From Gemmatimonadota bacterium (GTDB taxonomy: Bacteria; Gemmatimonadota; Gemmatimonadetes; Gemmatimonadales; GWC2-71-9): a stretch of DNA of 64,000 bases. The position numbers and the translations under genes are program-made. Each line of letters opens with the position of its first letter. Positions within the stretch are counted from its first letter, which is position 1. The DNA lies in contig JBDHKN010000002.1 in assembly GCA_039586365.1 (NCBI GenBank), forward strand, positions 64,001-128,000, in the 5' to 3' direction. Below the pieces are notes generated by a model, which did no database searches, was not told the origin of the DNA, and worked only from the letters and a program-made list of their open reading frames with translations. Below, piece by piece: positions 10,553 through 20,141 of this stretch.

Positions 10553-11332
10553 TCACCCTCGCTGCAGCAACCAGATAGCGCCGGTGATCTCTCGGTCTAT
10601 GAATTCGCACTCGCTTTCCTGACTGGAGATGTACCTGTGCAGGGCTTCTGCTGCCTCAGGATGGCGCTCCACCACTCCGGCGGCACGCCTGCTGATGTGA
10701 CCAATGTAATCGACGTTGACGGCTCTGGTCTCCTCGACCGAGTAGATCCGTTCCGCGACGACGCTGTCGCCATGCGCCTGCAAGTACTCGATGGCGCGGT
10801 CGTACGAAGTCAGATGTGCATAGCCAGGGTGGTTCACTGCCACCGCGCGGGTGAGAAATCCATCGTCAATGAGCATGTATCCACCCGGCCTTACTGCCTT
10901 TCTCATGCTGCCGACACATCGATCGAATCTGCCGAGCACTCCCCCCAACGACGCGAGCACCACCACGTCGAACTCGTCACCTTCTTGGAGCACGTCGCGC
11001 AGGTCACGGTGGACGAACTCGCACAGGTCTGAGACGCCCAGTTCCATCGCTCGTTGTGCGGCATCCCGCAGGAAGTCCTGGCAGAGGTCCACACCTAGGA
11101 CGCGGTATCCCAACTCCTTGGCTACGGCGATCCCCAACGCACCTTTGCCACACCCCAGATCAAGAAGCTTGGCTAACCCAGCGGGCAGATCCAGTGGTCG
11201 GAATAGATTGACGGCCAAATGCGGTGTGCTGCCAAGTGCCCACATGTCGGCCACCAACTCAGTGAGATACGGTAGGATCTCAGGACTTGCATCCATGGAG
11301 GCGGCCAGATCCTCGTCCCGCCGGTCCTCCAT
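10553..11332 (-). CDS. Class I SAM-dependent methyltransferase
   Basis: LLDLGCGKG motif I; RPGGYMLI. Confidence 0.85.
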   Translation of the reverse strand: MEDRRDEDLAASMDASPEILPYLTELVADMWALGSTPHLAVNLFRPLDLPAGLAKLLDLGCGKGALGIAVAKELGYRVLGVDLCQDFLRDAAQRAMELGVSDLCEFVHRDLRDVLQEGDEFDVVVLASLGGVLGRFDRCVGSMRKAVRPGGYMLIDDGFLTRAVAVNHPGYAHLTSYDRAIEYLQAHGDSVVAERIYSVEETRAVNVDYIGHISRRAAGVVERHPEAAEALHRYISSQESECEFIDREITGAIWLLQRG

Positions 11333-11484
11333 CCTAGATGTCGTGTCCTCCGGTCAACTCGATCACTTGCCTGGTGACCCGGCGTGCTTGCTGAGAAGCC
11401 AGAGCATCGACTAGCGACGCGCCAGTGCCCGAGCTGCATCCGGTTACGAGGGCGTTCCTACTGCAAAGACCCCGAACCATCACC

Positions 11485-11676
11485 TCAACGTGACCGTTTG
11501 AACACCGCGATTACGTCTCGCGTCTGCCCCGACCCCTGGCTAGTATCGAAGACCGACACCAGTTCCCAACCGTCCCGCCCGGCCTGGTTCAGCGCCTGCT
11601 CGAGGTCCTCCTGTTTGACCTTTCCGCCCAGGAACCCACCGGTCCTCAACGACACCGTCTTGTATTCCCACTGCAT
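11485..11676 (-). CDS. DUF4177 family small protein
   Basis: MQWEYKTV...LNQAGRDGWELVSV...VFKR; GGAGGT RBS. Confidence 0.85.
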   Translation of the reverse strand: MQWEYKTVSLRTGGFLGGKVKQEDLEQALNQAGRDGWELVSVFDTSQGSGQTRDVIAVFKRSR

Positions 11677-11701
11677 TGGGTCACCTCCGCGCTTTTTGGC
11701 T

Positions 11702-12583
11702 CTACCTGTTGCCCTTGAGTGGTGCCCTTGAGAAGCCCCGCAGCGCGGCAAGCCACTCGCGGGTCAGTAAGTCCAGCACTCTCTTGCCCTTCTCTGCAGT
11801 AGCGAGAGTTGGATCGCCGAACAGACCGGTCTCCGAATACGCCGGATCTGCTGGGTCGCGTGAGAACTGACCTGGCCTGTAACCTGGATACTGCATACCA
11901 AGTGGATCGCCGTAGTCGGTGACCGCACGGTCCATCCGTACAAGATCCGGCTGCAAATAGAGGTGGATGGAAGTCTCCAATTCATCCGCGTGCCCACCTG
12001 CCCGCTGCTCCTGTATCTCCTCCGCCTCGGCGGGCTCGATGTCATCCCACGATACCACCATCGTGGGCGTCCCGGTCTCGGTGCGGATTTCCCTGGCAGC
12101 AACCGAGAGCGGCAACCCGGTAGCCCGGGATATTCCGGTGTTCAGAAACACGATGCGCTTGGCACCCTGTCTGACCAGCGACAGAGCTACCTCGTGGGCG
12201 TACTCTCGGAACACCTCAGGGTTGGCCACCTCGGTACCCGGATAGTCGCGAAAGGCCGGAAACCAGCCATGCAGAATCGGCGGAGCTACGAGGACCGGGA
12301 TTGAATCGATAGCCTGGCGGCAGAGATACTCCATCACGACCGCATCAGCGTTCATCGGCAGGTGCGGTCCATGCTCTTTTGCCCCCGCCCCGAACGGCAC
12401 GATCACCAACGGGACCTCTCTCATACGCTCCTCGGCATCGGGCCAACTGAGTTCGCCCAAGTAAGCGCCAGGAGCCTGGGCATTGGCGGATGTGGCAGCA
12501 GCGACGATCCACAGGAATAGAGCCAGAGATCTCGAGCCAACCAGCATCTGCTTTGATTTCTTCATCTCCTTCAGCTCCTTCAT
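11702..12583 (-). CDS. Creatininase family protein with N-terminal signal segment (start uncertain)
   Basis: KEHGPHLPMNAD, GGHADELETS, GDPTLATAEKG. Confidence 0.85.
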   Translation of the reverse strand: MKELKEMKKSKQMLVGSRSLALFLWIVAAATSANAQAPGAYLGELSWPDAEERMREVPLVIVPFGAGAKEHGPHLPMNADAVVMEYLCRQAIDSIPVLVAPPILHGWFPAFRDYPGTEVANPEVFREYAHEVALSLVRQGAKRIVFLNTGISRATGLPLSVAAREIRTETGTPTMVVSWDDIEPAEAEEIQEQRAGGHADELETSIHLYLQPDLVRMDRAVTDYGDPLGMQYPGYRPGQFSRDPADPAYSETGLFGDPTLATAEKGKRVLDLLTREWLAALRGFSRAPLKGNR

Positions 12584-12611
12584 CGTCTTTTTCCCCCCGT
12601 CCCCTCCCATC

Positions 12612-13259
12612 CTAATCGGCTTCGAACCCAACCCCACCATGCGTCCCATCACAGAACGGTTTGTTATCTGACTCGCCACAGCGACAGAAGGATCGTTTCA
12701 CCTGAAATGATTCACCGTCACCGGCATCACACAACCGGAAGCTACCGCTCAACGAAACTGGACCGTTTGGCAAGACCTTTGCCGTGAGGCGTCCCGGCTC
12801 GGTACTCTCCGCCCGCGACTCCACCGTAAACTCCCCACCGTCGCGGAATCCGACCTTGCTGTGCTGCCCGTCGCAGAGTGGCTTGTTCTTCGAGGCACCA
12901 CAGCGACACAGCGCGACCCTGGTGTCGCGGAGCAACACCGTACCGTCGCCTGCCACCAGTTCGATGTCCCCACGGAGGTAGAGTGGGCCATCTGCGGCAA
13001 CGGTGACCGTGTTCTCGCCGACGGTCGCCGCCTGTTCTGCAGCCCCGGTACACTCCATCTGCAATGCGCCTGTGGGACATCGCTGGATCACCTCGGCGAT
13101 TTCAGACGCCGGCGCCGCATCGGCATCCACCCAGGGCCGGCGCTTGGGATTGAACACCTCCGGCAAACCGTTCACGCACTCCGCCACATGAATGCACCGC
13201 TTGGTATCATAGAGGACCTTGATCTCTTCGCTGCCGAACTCGAACACTCTGCTCTCCAT
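12612..13259 (-). CDS. Fe-S protein: DUF1271-type ferredoxin plus two CDGSH domains
   Basis: CIHVAEC...CPTGAL, then CRCGASKNKPLCDGQH and CRCGESDNKPFCDGTH. Confidence 0.9.
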   Translation of the reverse strand: MESRVFEFGSEEIKVLYDTKRCIHVAECVNGLPEVFNPKRRPWVDADAAPASEIAEVIQRCPTGALQMECTGAAEQAATVGENTVTVAADGPLYLRGDIELVAGDGTVLLRDTRVALCRCGASKNKPLCDGQHSKVGFRDGGEFTVESRAESTEPGRLTAKVLPNGPVSLSGSFRLCDAGDGESFQVKRSFCRCGESDNKPFCDGTHGGVGFEAD

Positions 13260-13304
13260 ACGTCAACTCCTTCTCGCATTCTTCATCTTCTTCCCCCCTT
13301 CTCA

Positions 13305-13475
13305 CTACTCCACTGTCCGCCTCATATGCGCCGCCGCATCCGGAGTCTTGCAGCCTGTCTCTCAGGTGATCCACCTCTACCTCGCTATTCTCTTTGCTGC
13401 GGCAAGAACCTTCTTCTCCATCTGCTTGTGTCGGATGCCTAGTGCAATCGACCTCCGGTTCATGGCGTCACGCAC
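13305..13475 (-). pseudogene. Frameshifted C-terminal remnant of an AlkD-like DNA alkylation repair protein
   Basis: Across frames reads VRDAMN..IALGIRHKQMEKKVLAAAKRI / VEVDH / ETGCKTPDAAAHMRRTVE*, resembling the family C-terminal VDHGxTxCKTPDA motif. Confidence 0.6.
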
Positions 13476-13806
13476 GACCGTACCGGTGTTTCAGGCTCTT
13501 GTTTCTGAACACGAGAGCCGAGGCGAACGTGAACGCTGCTACCACCGCGAGGATGACAGCCATGCGAAGCCACGGTTCTCCGGCGGCCTGCCTCCTGGCC
13601 GCGATGGCCACCAGTGTCCGGATCCACTCGATGCCGGCGAGCACCAATGCCACCTGCGCAGCCCGGGCCACCCACTGCCGACGCACGAGTAGGATGAGTG
13701 GGAATGCTAGGCTCAACAGAGTGAGAGCTGTGTTGTCCGCGCGAGAGAAGTGAGCGGCAATGAGGAGTGCGCTCAAGAGTACCGGAAGCAGCCGTCCGAA
13801 GTTCAT
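13468..13806 (-). CDS. Small membrane protein, unknown function
   Basis: 112 aa, about 4 hydrophobic segments, LLIAAHFSR and GEPWLRMAVIL. Confidence 0.7.
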   Translation of the reverse strand: MNFGRLLPVLLSALLIAAHFSRADNTALTLLSLAFPLILLVRRQWVARAAQVALVLAGIEWIRTLVAIAARRQAAGEPWLRMAVILAVVAAFTFASALVFRNKSLKHRYGRA

Positions 13807-14012
13807 CTCAGCGGTTTCACCTCTCTAGAACGGGGAAACATCACGACGATCATGACCACAACCACGGTCGAGCCACGCAATGACATGTGCCCCCTCCTAA
13901 CGTCCGCGGGATCGGTAGATATGCGACGTGTGGGATTGATGGAAGACCATACGAAATCGTAAGAGGGCGCCAGCCGGGAGAGCCGACTCGGCCTTCTTCG
14001 GTCACCCAACGG

Positions 14013-14372
14013 CTAAATGGTCTCGAGATTCTCCCGGGTACGCTCGTTTCGCTCTTTGCCCGTGTTCAATGTGGAAGCCGGCTCGAACAGGAGAACGTGG
14101 GTCTCGCCGCATGCCACGGGCAGATGCTCGACGCCACGTGGTACGATGAAGAACTCACCTTCCTCCAAGATCACATCCCTATCGCGAAGCTTGATCGTAA
14201 GCTGCCCATGCAACACCAGGAACAGCTCGTCCTCCTGGTCGTGCGTGTGCCAGATGAATTCGCCCGCGAGCTTGGCCAGCTTCACCAATTGCCCATTCAG
14301 CTCCCCCACAATGCGGGGATTCCATGTATCCGAGAAGAGGCTCAGCTTCTCCTTGAGGTTGACCTTCTCCAG
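14013..14372 (-). CDS. Cupin domain protein, apparent CTG start
   Basis: GGAGGT-gttag-CTG GAG AAG GTC AAC gives (M)EKVNLKEKLSLFSDTWNPRIVGELNGQ; WHTHDQEDELF and VPRGVEH cupin motifs. Confidence 0.85.
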   Translation of the reverse strand: MEKVNLKEKLSLFSDTWNPRIVGELNGQLVKLAKLAGEFIWHTHDQEDELFLVLHGQLTIKLRDRDVILEEGEFFIVPRGVEHLPVACGETHVLLFEPASTLNTGKERNERTRENLETI

Positions 14373-14414
14373 CTAACACCTCCTGGGTGCTATAGGGTGC
14401 AAGGTGGCCGGGAC

Positions 14415-14456
14415 AGAGTTCAACGTTCGAACTTCAGAGTCCGAAGTTCGAAGTTC
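14415..14456. repeat. Six degenerate 7-bp tandem units forming a hairpin
   Basis: agagttc aacgttc gaacttc agagtcc gaagttc gaagttc; perfect 10-bp stem TTCGAACTTC/GAAGTTCGAA. Confidence 0.7.
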
Positions 14457-14457
14457 A

Positions 14458-15693
14458 TCACTCACTCACCCACTTCTCCATGAATCGTTGTCCTTCTTCT
14501 TTCTCGTCCACCAAAGCCTGGAAGATTGCCCTCAGGTGTTCATAAGGAAACGTGCCGATGATCATGCGGTTGTTGACGATCATCGTCGGCGTCGAGCGAA
14601 TTCCGTGTTCGAACCGGTCCGACGTCTTGTCGTACTCCGCCCCAGTCTGGATCATCCGCTGCAGCATGTCCATCGTGGTTGAGTCGGTGAGCGCCTCCTC
14701 GACCTGGTACCGTCGCCCGAGCTCCTCACGCCATTCGGGCGTGCGTGCGGCTCTGAAGTTGTCCCAGATCTCGTCGTGAATATCCAGGAACTTCGCCGGG
14801 TCGTGGATCGCCATCAGGGAGACGTCACACGCGCCGGGGTGCAGGTCCTTGTCAACCACATCATTGCACTTGCCCTCAAGCGGGAACATCTGGAACGCGA
14901 TGTTAATCCTCCCAGCAAACTCCTCCTTGAGCCTGTCAAGCTGCTCCGCGAGGTAAAGGCAGTCGGGGCACAGGAGATCGGCGTACTCAACGACCTGTAT
15001 AGGAGCGTCCTCGAAGTTCTCCGTCGCCTTGGCGGTCCAGTACGGTGAGATAAAGCTGGGCCAAGCCACTTCGGGAAGACTGTAGAACTGCTCCACTACT
15101 TGTGCAGCCATTCCGACCTGTGCCTGTTCCTTGGCAACGTGATGCTCCCTGAAGCCGTATGCACCGCCTAGCATCAAAACCCCGAATACCGCGACGTGCT
15201 TCAGAGAGGGGTGGAAGAACCTGGCGAAGACACCGGACCTGTCACCGTCGATACCGTACTTCCAAAACAGGATGAAGCTGGCGATCGAGCAGACGTAAAA
15301 ACCACTGCACAACAGGCACAAGCTCCCGAGGTAGAAGACGGAGAAGAGAAGCAGCACCACGACGCCAACCACGTTGACCAGTGAGATCGTCTTGTTGGTT
15401 CTCTCCAATGCCTCGGACGGGAGGATCGCGCCAATGCACACCAGCAAGCCCACGAACATCCCGAAATAGCCCAGCGGCACCCTACCTATGGCGGAGATGA
15501 CGGAATACGCCGAGCTGTCGCAGTTGAAGAACGCATTGATGTCGCAGAAGGAACCTTCGAATATCGATTCGGGGAAGTTCGCGGCAAAGTAGTGTTCTAT
15601 CGTCATGATCGACGCCACCACCATCCCAACGCCAAATAGAAAGCTCAGCGCTCTGCGCCAAGTGTTCCCCTGGAGTGTAAGAGTCTGCTGCAC
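14458..15693 (-). CDS. VKOR-DsbA/thioredoxin fusion (disulfide bond formation)
   Basis: VKOR loop cysteines FCDINAFFNCD, active-site CLLC, C-terminal DsbA-like CPDC and STPT cis-Pro loop. Confidence 0.88.
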   Translation of the reverse strand: MQQTLTLQGNTWRRALSFLFGVGMVVASIMTIEHYFAANFPESIFEGSFCDINAFFNCDSSAYSVISAIGRVPLGYFGMFVGLLVCIGAILPSEALERTNKTISLVNVVGVVVLLLFSVFYLGSLCLLCSGFYVCSIASFILFWKYGIDGDRSGVFARFFHPSLKHVAVFGVLMLGGAYGFREHHVAKEQAQVGMAAQVVEQFYSLPEVAWPSFISPYWTAKATENFEDAPIQVVEYADLLCPDCLYLAEQLDRLKEEFAGRINIAFQMFPLEGKCNDVVDKDLHPGACDVSLMAIHDPAKFLDIHDEIWDNFRAARTPEWREELGRRYQVEEALTDSTTMDMLQRMIQTGAEYDKTSDRFEHGIRSTPTMIVNNRMIIGTFPYEHLRAIFQALVDEKEEGQRFMEKWVSE

Positions 15694-15798
15694 GGTGACC
15701 TCCTAATGGACCACACCAATTGTACTGGCGCGTTCGAGATCGCGTCCGACAAACAGGTTAATTAATCGTGAAGAAACCTTGAGGCGTTACCCGCCGTT

Positions 15799-16464
15799 TC
15801 ACTTTGCGTAGAGCGCGTTGACTGTGACTCTGCAACCTGTCTCAGTTGGAGTCTCGACAGTCTCACTGGGTGCGACCGGCCGGAGTCCGTGCAGGGCCAT
15901 CTCCGCATCCAGTTCGTCGGCCTCTAGCAGAAACACCGGGCCGGCCTCGAATCCCTCGTAAACGTGGGGCTTACCGGCCACAGGTTGAACGCCCTGTCCT
16001 TTCGGGTCTGTTCGCGGCGTGAAGTTGGCGACCAAAGCCAATCCACCTGCCTTGAGAACCCGCGCCGTCTCGGCGAGGGCCTGGTTCCACTGTTCACGGG
16101 ATGTCGAGTTGTGGTACAGCCCCAACGCCACGACCAAATCGAACGACTCTGGAGGGAAGCGGCTCAGGTCTTCCATAGCACCAATGGTTACTCGGCGTTC
16201 AGCTTCTTCCCTCCCCACGCTGGCAGCGACTCGCTCCCGAGTGCGTTCCACCATCGCGTGAGAAGTATCCAGCGCGTAGAAATCGAATCCCTGTCCAGCG
16301 AGTACGACTGTGTTCCTTCCACCGGCGCACCCGAGATCCAGGACTCTCGTTTCCGCCGGTACCTTACAGACCGACAACAGCTCCAACAGCCGCCGATCCG
16401 CCTCTCGAACTGAAAACCTCTCGACCTGTTCCGGGTCTTCCCAGAATGGGGACGGATCAGGCAC
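15799..16464 (-). CDS. Class I SAM-dependent methyltransferase
   Basis: VLDLGCAGGRN, RVLKAGG; GTG start overlaps the upstream stop. Confidence 0.82.
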   Translation of the reverse strand: MPDPSPFWEDPEQVERFSVREADRRLLELLSVCKVPAETRVLDLGCAGGRNTVVLAGQGFDFYALDTSHAMVERTRERVAASVGREEAERRVTIGAMEDLSRFPPESFDLVVALGLYHNSTSREQWNQALAETARVLKAGGLALVANFTPRTDPKGQGVQPVAGKPHVYEGFEAGPVFLLEADELDAEMALHGLRPVAPSETVETPTETGCRVTVNALYAK

Positions 16465-17068
16465 CCCTCGCGCTCCAGCCTCTTTCTGCCCCGTACTTCG
16501 AGTTCTCAGTCGGATCCGTCGGCAGTTCGTCCGCCGACACATCGACGAATCCGTCAAGTCGGGCTCGCGCTCCCTTCATGGCCACAATCACATCCGACTG
16601 CACAGCTTTGGAGTTGACGTGCATTGACTGGATGCGCCCCTCCCCCACATCGACAAGCAAGTCCAACGCCAGTGCCAGGTACTCCTTCGGGTAAGGCAAC
16701 GAGGACTGGGGTCTGAACTGACACGCTGCGAAAGCCTGGTTGTCATCTGAGAGGAGTTGGCTGTAGCGTCCCCACAGATCAGCAGCTAACCGGAGGTGCT
16801 TCTGCTCGTTGGCGTCCAGTACCGCGGGTGGTTCATCGTGTCCCAGCAGCGGCCTGGTCTTGAGCCATGCTACCTTGAGCTCTAGGACCTGCGCCTCACT
16901 ATGCCGGTTGCTCCCGCGGGCTTCCGCTGCCAAGTGGGAAAACCGGTTGGCTAGCAAGTCTTGCGGATCAGGCAGCTCCTTCTCGGTCCGGGGCGCCGGT
17001 ATCGGACGGTTCTGGCGTATCAACACCCAGACCAAGGCCAATATCAAGACGACTAGAATCCATATCAT
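16457..17068 (-). CDS. Hypothetical protein with N-terminal membrane anchor
   Basis: 203-aa ORF, hydrophobic N-terminus, coupled to the downstream methyltransferase. Confidence 0.6.
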   Translation of the reverse strand: MIWILVVLILALVWVLIRQNRPIPAPRTEKELPDPQDLLANRFSHLAAEARGSNRHSEAQVLELKVAWLKTRPLLGHDEPPAVLDANEQKHLRLAADLWGRYSQLLSDDNQAFAACQFRPQSSLPYPKEYLALALDLLVDVGEGRIQSMHVNSKAVQSDVIVAMKGARARLDGFVDVSADELPTDPTENSKYGAERGWSARGA

Positions 17069-17085
17069 AGACTTCTCTTCATTGA

Positions 17086-17599
17086 TTATCCACCGCCATC
17101 ATTTTCACTAAGTTCAGCATAGCCGATCGAGGGATGACCCAAGAGCCTCTGCAGTAGGCCCAGTTATCCAATGTGATACGATTCGTGGTGTAGCAGGAAT
17201 GCTATCCCTCCCAGCACTCTGTTATCGTCGATGGGGAACTTCTGCTCGGACACAGCCTCAAGATCTTCCTGTGAGAGTTGCGTGAGGGACTCAACGACGT
17301 GACGCGTGACATCCTGCCACACAATCCGCAGCTCGGGTAGCGAAGGGAGTTGAATCGTGTCGGCTGATATTGCGTACGGGCTCCAACTCCTGTGGAAGAG
17401 GATTCGGGAAGCTGTCGCTCAGATATTGTGCCATGAAGTGTCGCGCATCGACGATGTGAGTCACCACGAAGCTGACACTGTTCGTGCCCTCCCTAGACTG
17501 GGGTTGCACTTCTTCTTCACTCAGACCGTCCAGACAATTCAAGGCAAGACGGGCGCCCAGATCCAAGGCTGCGACTTGTGTCACAAGCAGGGGATTCAT
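17086..17599 (-). pseudogene. DinB family pseudogene (frameshift plus premature stop)
   Basis: N-half TNSVSFVVTHIVDARH; after a frameshift near 17366 it continues ...GGIAFLLHHESYHIG*LGLLQRLLGHP with TAA at 17164-17166. Confidence 0.75.
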
Positions 17600-17613
17600 C
17601 AGCTACCGCACAT

Positions 17614-17832
17614 TCATCTGTGATGAATCGAGCCACGCCACAGAATCCACAGCCAGGCAACCAAGGCCAGCAACCCGATCAGCAACCACACCAACTCGCC
17701 GGGACGGCCCAGTCTCCGCAGTCTGGTCGCGATTACTCTGCTCCAGCCCTCCAACCGTCGGGTGATCCTCGCGGCCCAGGTCTTGAAACCGATTAGCGAG
17801 ACAATGCGATCAGGCATAGCGTTTGAAAGCAT
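17614..17832 (-). CDS. Small hypothetical membrane protein
   Basis: 72 aa, GGAGG RBS, one C-terminal hydrophobic helix. Confidence 0.45.
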   Translation of the reverse strand: MLSNAMPDRIVSLIGFKTWAARITRRLEGWSRVIATRLRRLGRPGELVWLLIGLLALVAWLWILWRGSIHHR

Positions 17833-18190
17833 GGGACCCTCCGCTGTTATACTACTACAGTATAGTCGTCAGACAGGTGCGTCTTGCGCCGACCGCCCCC
17901 GTGTGGAACCCACAGCAATCATAGACTCACTTCAATCTTCACACTCACTGCTCTCCAGCAAGTAACGGCCAGACTGACTGCAGAGTCTCCCGCGGACCTC
18001 GACAGACAAAGATCACCAGATCGCGCTCCTCAGCGACAGGTTTCGCGGACCGTCGTGCGGATCCGACACCTGAATGTCAACCGTAAGCGCCATCACGGTC
18101 TTGGGGTGGTGGGGACTCCCCAGGGATTGGGTTCTCGACAAGCGCAACAAGCGTTGGGGCTATCTTCGTTCGACTTAGAAACGACATCGC

Positions 18191-18979
18191 TCACCGCCTT
18201 TCTGTTCTGGTCCGCTGTATCGCGGCCATCTCCACCAAGCGTCGCAGTTCCTCAATCGGGTTTTCGTGATCGTCCACCTGAAGCCGGAGCACAACATCGT
18301 TATTCAGCCACACACCACCATCTTCGTTGACGATCAGCATGGCGGCGGACTGCATGCCACGTTTGTCTCCTCCAGCTGCCTGGCCAGCCTCCAGGGCGGC
18401 CAGTAGTCGAAATGACAGGTGGCCCTCGGTCTCCTCGAAGGCGCGCACCATTTCGTCAACCACAGCGGGGCCAGCCAGGATGTTGCCTTGTGCGGAGCAG
18501 TATTCCCCGATCTTGTGTCCGGCCCAGTCGCTAGCCTTGGGACCGGTGTGGGTGGCTACCTCACCACTAGCATTCATGACCGAGAACTGTCGTCCCTCTT
18601 CGGGCCAGCGCTCGGGCAGCGGATCAGGATCGTCATCCAGGATCTTTCGTACGATCTCGGCGGGCGCCATATCATTAAAAAACAATTGCAGGCCCGGCGG
18701 TCCGTAGCTCACGACGACCCAGGCTTGGGTGGCCACCGCCCCGACTCCGGCTTCCCCCCAAATCACACCATTCCCTACAGAAAAGACCCTCGACTGAACA
18801 GCTGCCCCTATCTCACCAGTCGCCGGATCGTAGCCCAGTATCGAGAACGTCGCGACGGGAGACCGAGCATTTCCTCCCGCAATCGTGTCTTGCTGAGCCA
18901 CTACCGCAGCCAATGGTGTAAGCGCCAGCAGCAGCGCGACCCCACTGGCCCGGCCGCTGCAGGTTTGTGGTGTCTTCAT
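18191..18979 (-). CDS. DUF1028 family (Ntn-hydrolase-like) secreted protein
   Basis: TFSILGYDPATGEIGAAVQS, AQGNILAG, GGDKRGMQSAA, VDDHENPIEEL. Confidence 0.88.
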   Translation of the reverse strand: MKTPQTCSGRASGVALLLALTPLAAVVAQQDTIAGGNARSPVATFSILGYDPATGEIGAAVQSRVFSVGNGVIWGEAGVGAVATQAWVVVSYGPPGLQLFFNDMAPAEIVRKILDDDPDPLPERWPEEGRQFSVMNASGEVATHTGPKASDWAGHKIGEYCSAQGNILAGPAVVDEMVRAFEETEGHLSFRLLAALEAGQAAGGDKRGMQSAAMLIVNEDGGVWLNNDVVLRLQVDDHENPIEELRRLVEMAAIQRTRTERR

Positions 18980-19041
18980 GAATACTCCTCCAGTGGCGTC
19001 GATCGGTCCGCTTCGACTAGTCACAGTTCTGCGCTCCCCGT

Positions 19042-19575
19042 CTACTCACCGAGTTCAATGAACCTGGGCGCATGATCCCCGGCCCTCAGAAAACGGACGA
19101 AATCATCGGCACCGATGTTCGTGGTCATGGCGTTGTCCAAAGGGTGGAAGTTCAACGTTTCCACCGCGCGGAGTCTTTGATCCAGTACCACGCTCACATG
19201 ACCACCCTTGTCATTGATGATTGCAAACGGCGTCACAGCACCCGGGATCACACCCAGATACTTCATGAGGCGATCGGCGCTGCCGAATGAGAGACGACCG
19301 GCACCCAGCCGTTCACCCAGATCCTTGAGATCCACCTCACGGTCTTCAGGACACACAACCAGCCACATGACACCATTCTTATTGCGCAAGAAGAGGTTCT
19401 TAGTATGGCATCCGGACAGCTCTCCACGAAGTGCTTTGGCCTCATCGACCGTGAATACCGGAGGATGTTTCGTGGTACGGCTTTCTATCCCGAGTTCCTC
19501 CAGCATACAGAACAACTCCTCGGGCTTAGCTGGACTTGAGCCGTCCACGAGCCGGGCTTCACCAGGTCCAGTCAC
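19042..19575 (-). CDS. YbaK/ProX family aminoacyl-tRNA deacylase
   Basis: HPPVFTVDE, KNLFL, GRLSFGS, PGAVTPF, NFHPLDN. Confidence 0.88.
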   Translation of the reverse strand: MTGPGEARLVDGSSPAKPEELFCMLEELGIESRTTKHPPVFTVDEAKALRGELSGCHTKNLFLRNKNGVMWLVVCPEDREVDLKDLGERLGAGRLSFGSADRLMKYLGVIPGAVTPFAIINDKGGHVSVVLDQRLRAVETLNFHPLDNAMTTNIGADDFVRFLRAGDHAPRFIELGE

Positions 19576-19617
19576 CGATGCACCGTAGCGCCATCGACCT
19601 CACCGGTGAACAACACC

Positions 19618-19905
19618 TCAGACGCCTTGCACGACAATCATGTTGCTTTCAGCGGACTCATACCGGATCCACTTCGCTTTCCCGTACGCGTCCGAATCCC
19701 ACCACTCTCTGGCACGTTCAGCCGTTGGGAACTCAAGCACCACTACCCGCCCCGGTTCCCATTCCCCTTCGAGAACCTCCGCTGCACCACCCCGTACGAC
19801 GTACCTACCGTCATAGGCTGTCACGGTCGGAGCCGCAAGCTTCTTATACTCCTCATATCGGATGGGATCCTTGACCTGAATGTCCACTATTATGTAGGCT
19901 GCCAT
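19618..19905 (-). CDS. DUF1330 family protein
   Basis: MAAYIIVDI...YVVRGG..EVLEGEW..VVVLEFP..WWDS..Y. Confidence 0.9.
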   Translation of the reverse strand: MAAYIIVDIQVKDPIRYEEYKKLAAPTVTAYDGRYVVRGGAAEVLEGEWEPGRVVVLEFPTAERAREWWDSDAYGKAKWIRYESAESNMIVVQGV

Positions 19906-20141
19906 GGTTCACTGCTCCGAGATTTGGTCTATCGCGTAAACCAAGCCGTCTGCGCACAGTGCTACGTGGCCCAGTCCGGCTGGCACCGGTGCTTCTTTCA
20001 GCCGCTCGGGAAACCCCTCAGTGAGAATATCGGCATAATAACAATCCATGAGGGGCAAGTTGGGGACATCGATCCGAGAGACCCCGCACCGCAGTTATTC
20101 ATGTCTCGCACATCCGGTCTGTTCTCGCCGTTTCCCTGCAA

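Noticed and set aside
11424..11434. AGTGCCCGAGC shared with a spacer near 45873
   Set aside because: A single 11-mer match without flanking similarity is compatible with chance
12555..12600. 9-bp periodic purine-rich tract, similar to one near 13280
   Set aside because: Low complexity, short, and explainable as RBS/N-terminal coding sequence
17919..17948. VSVKIEVSL-TGA as a possible SelW/Rdx selenoprotein start
   Set aside because: No CxxU motif and the downstream frame is not Rdx-like
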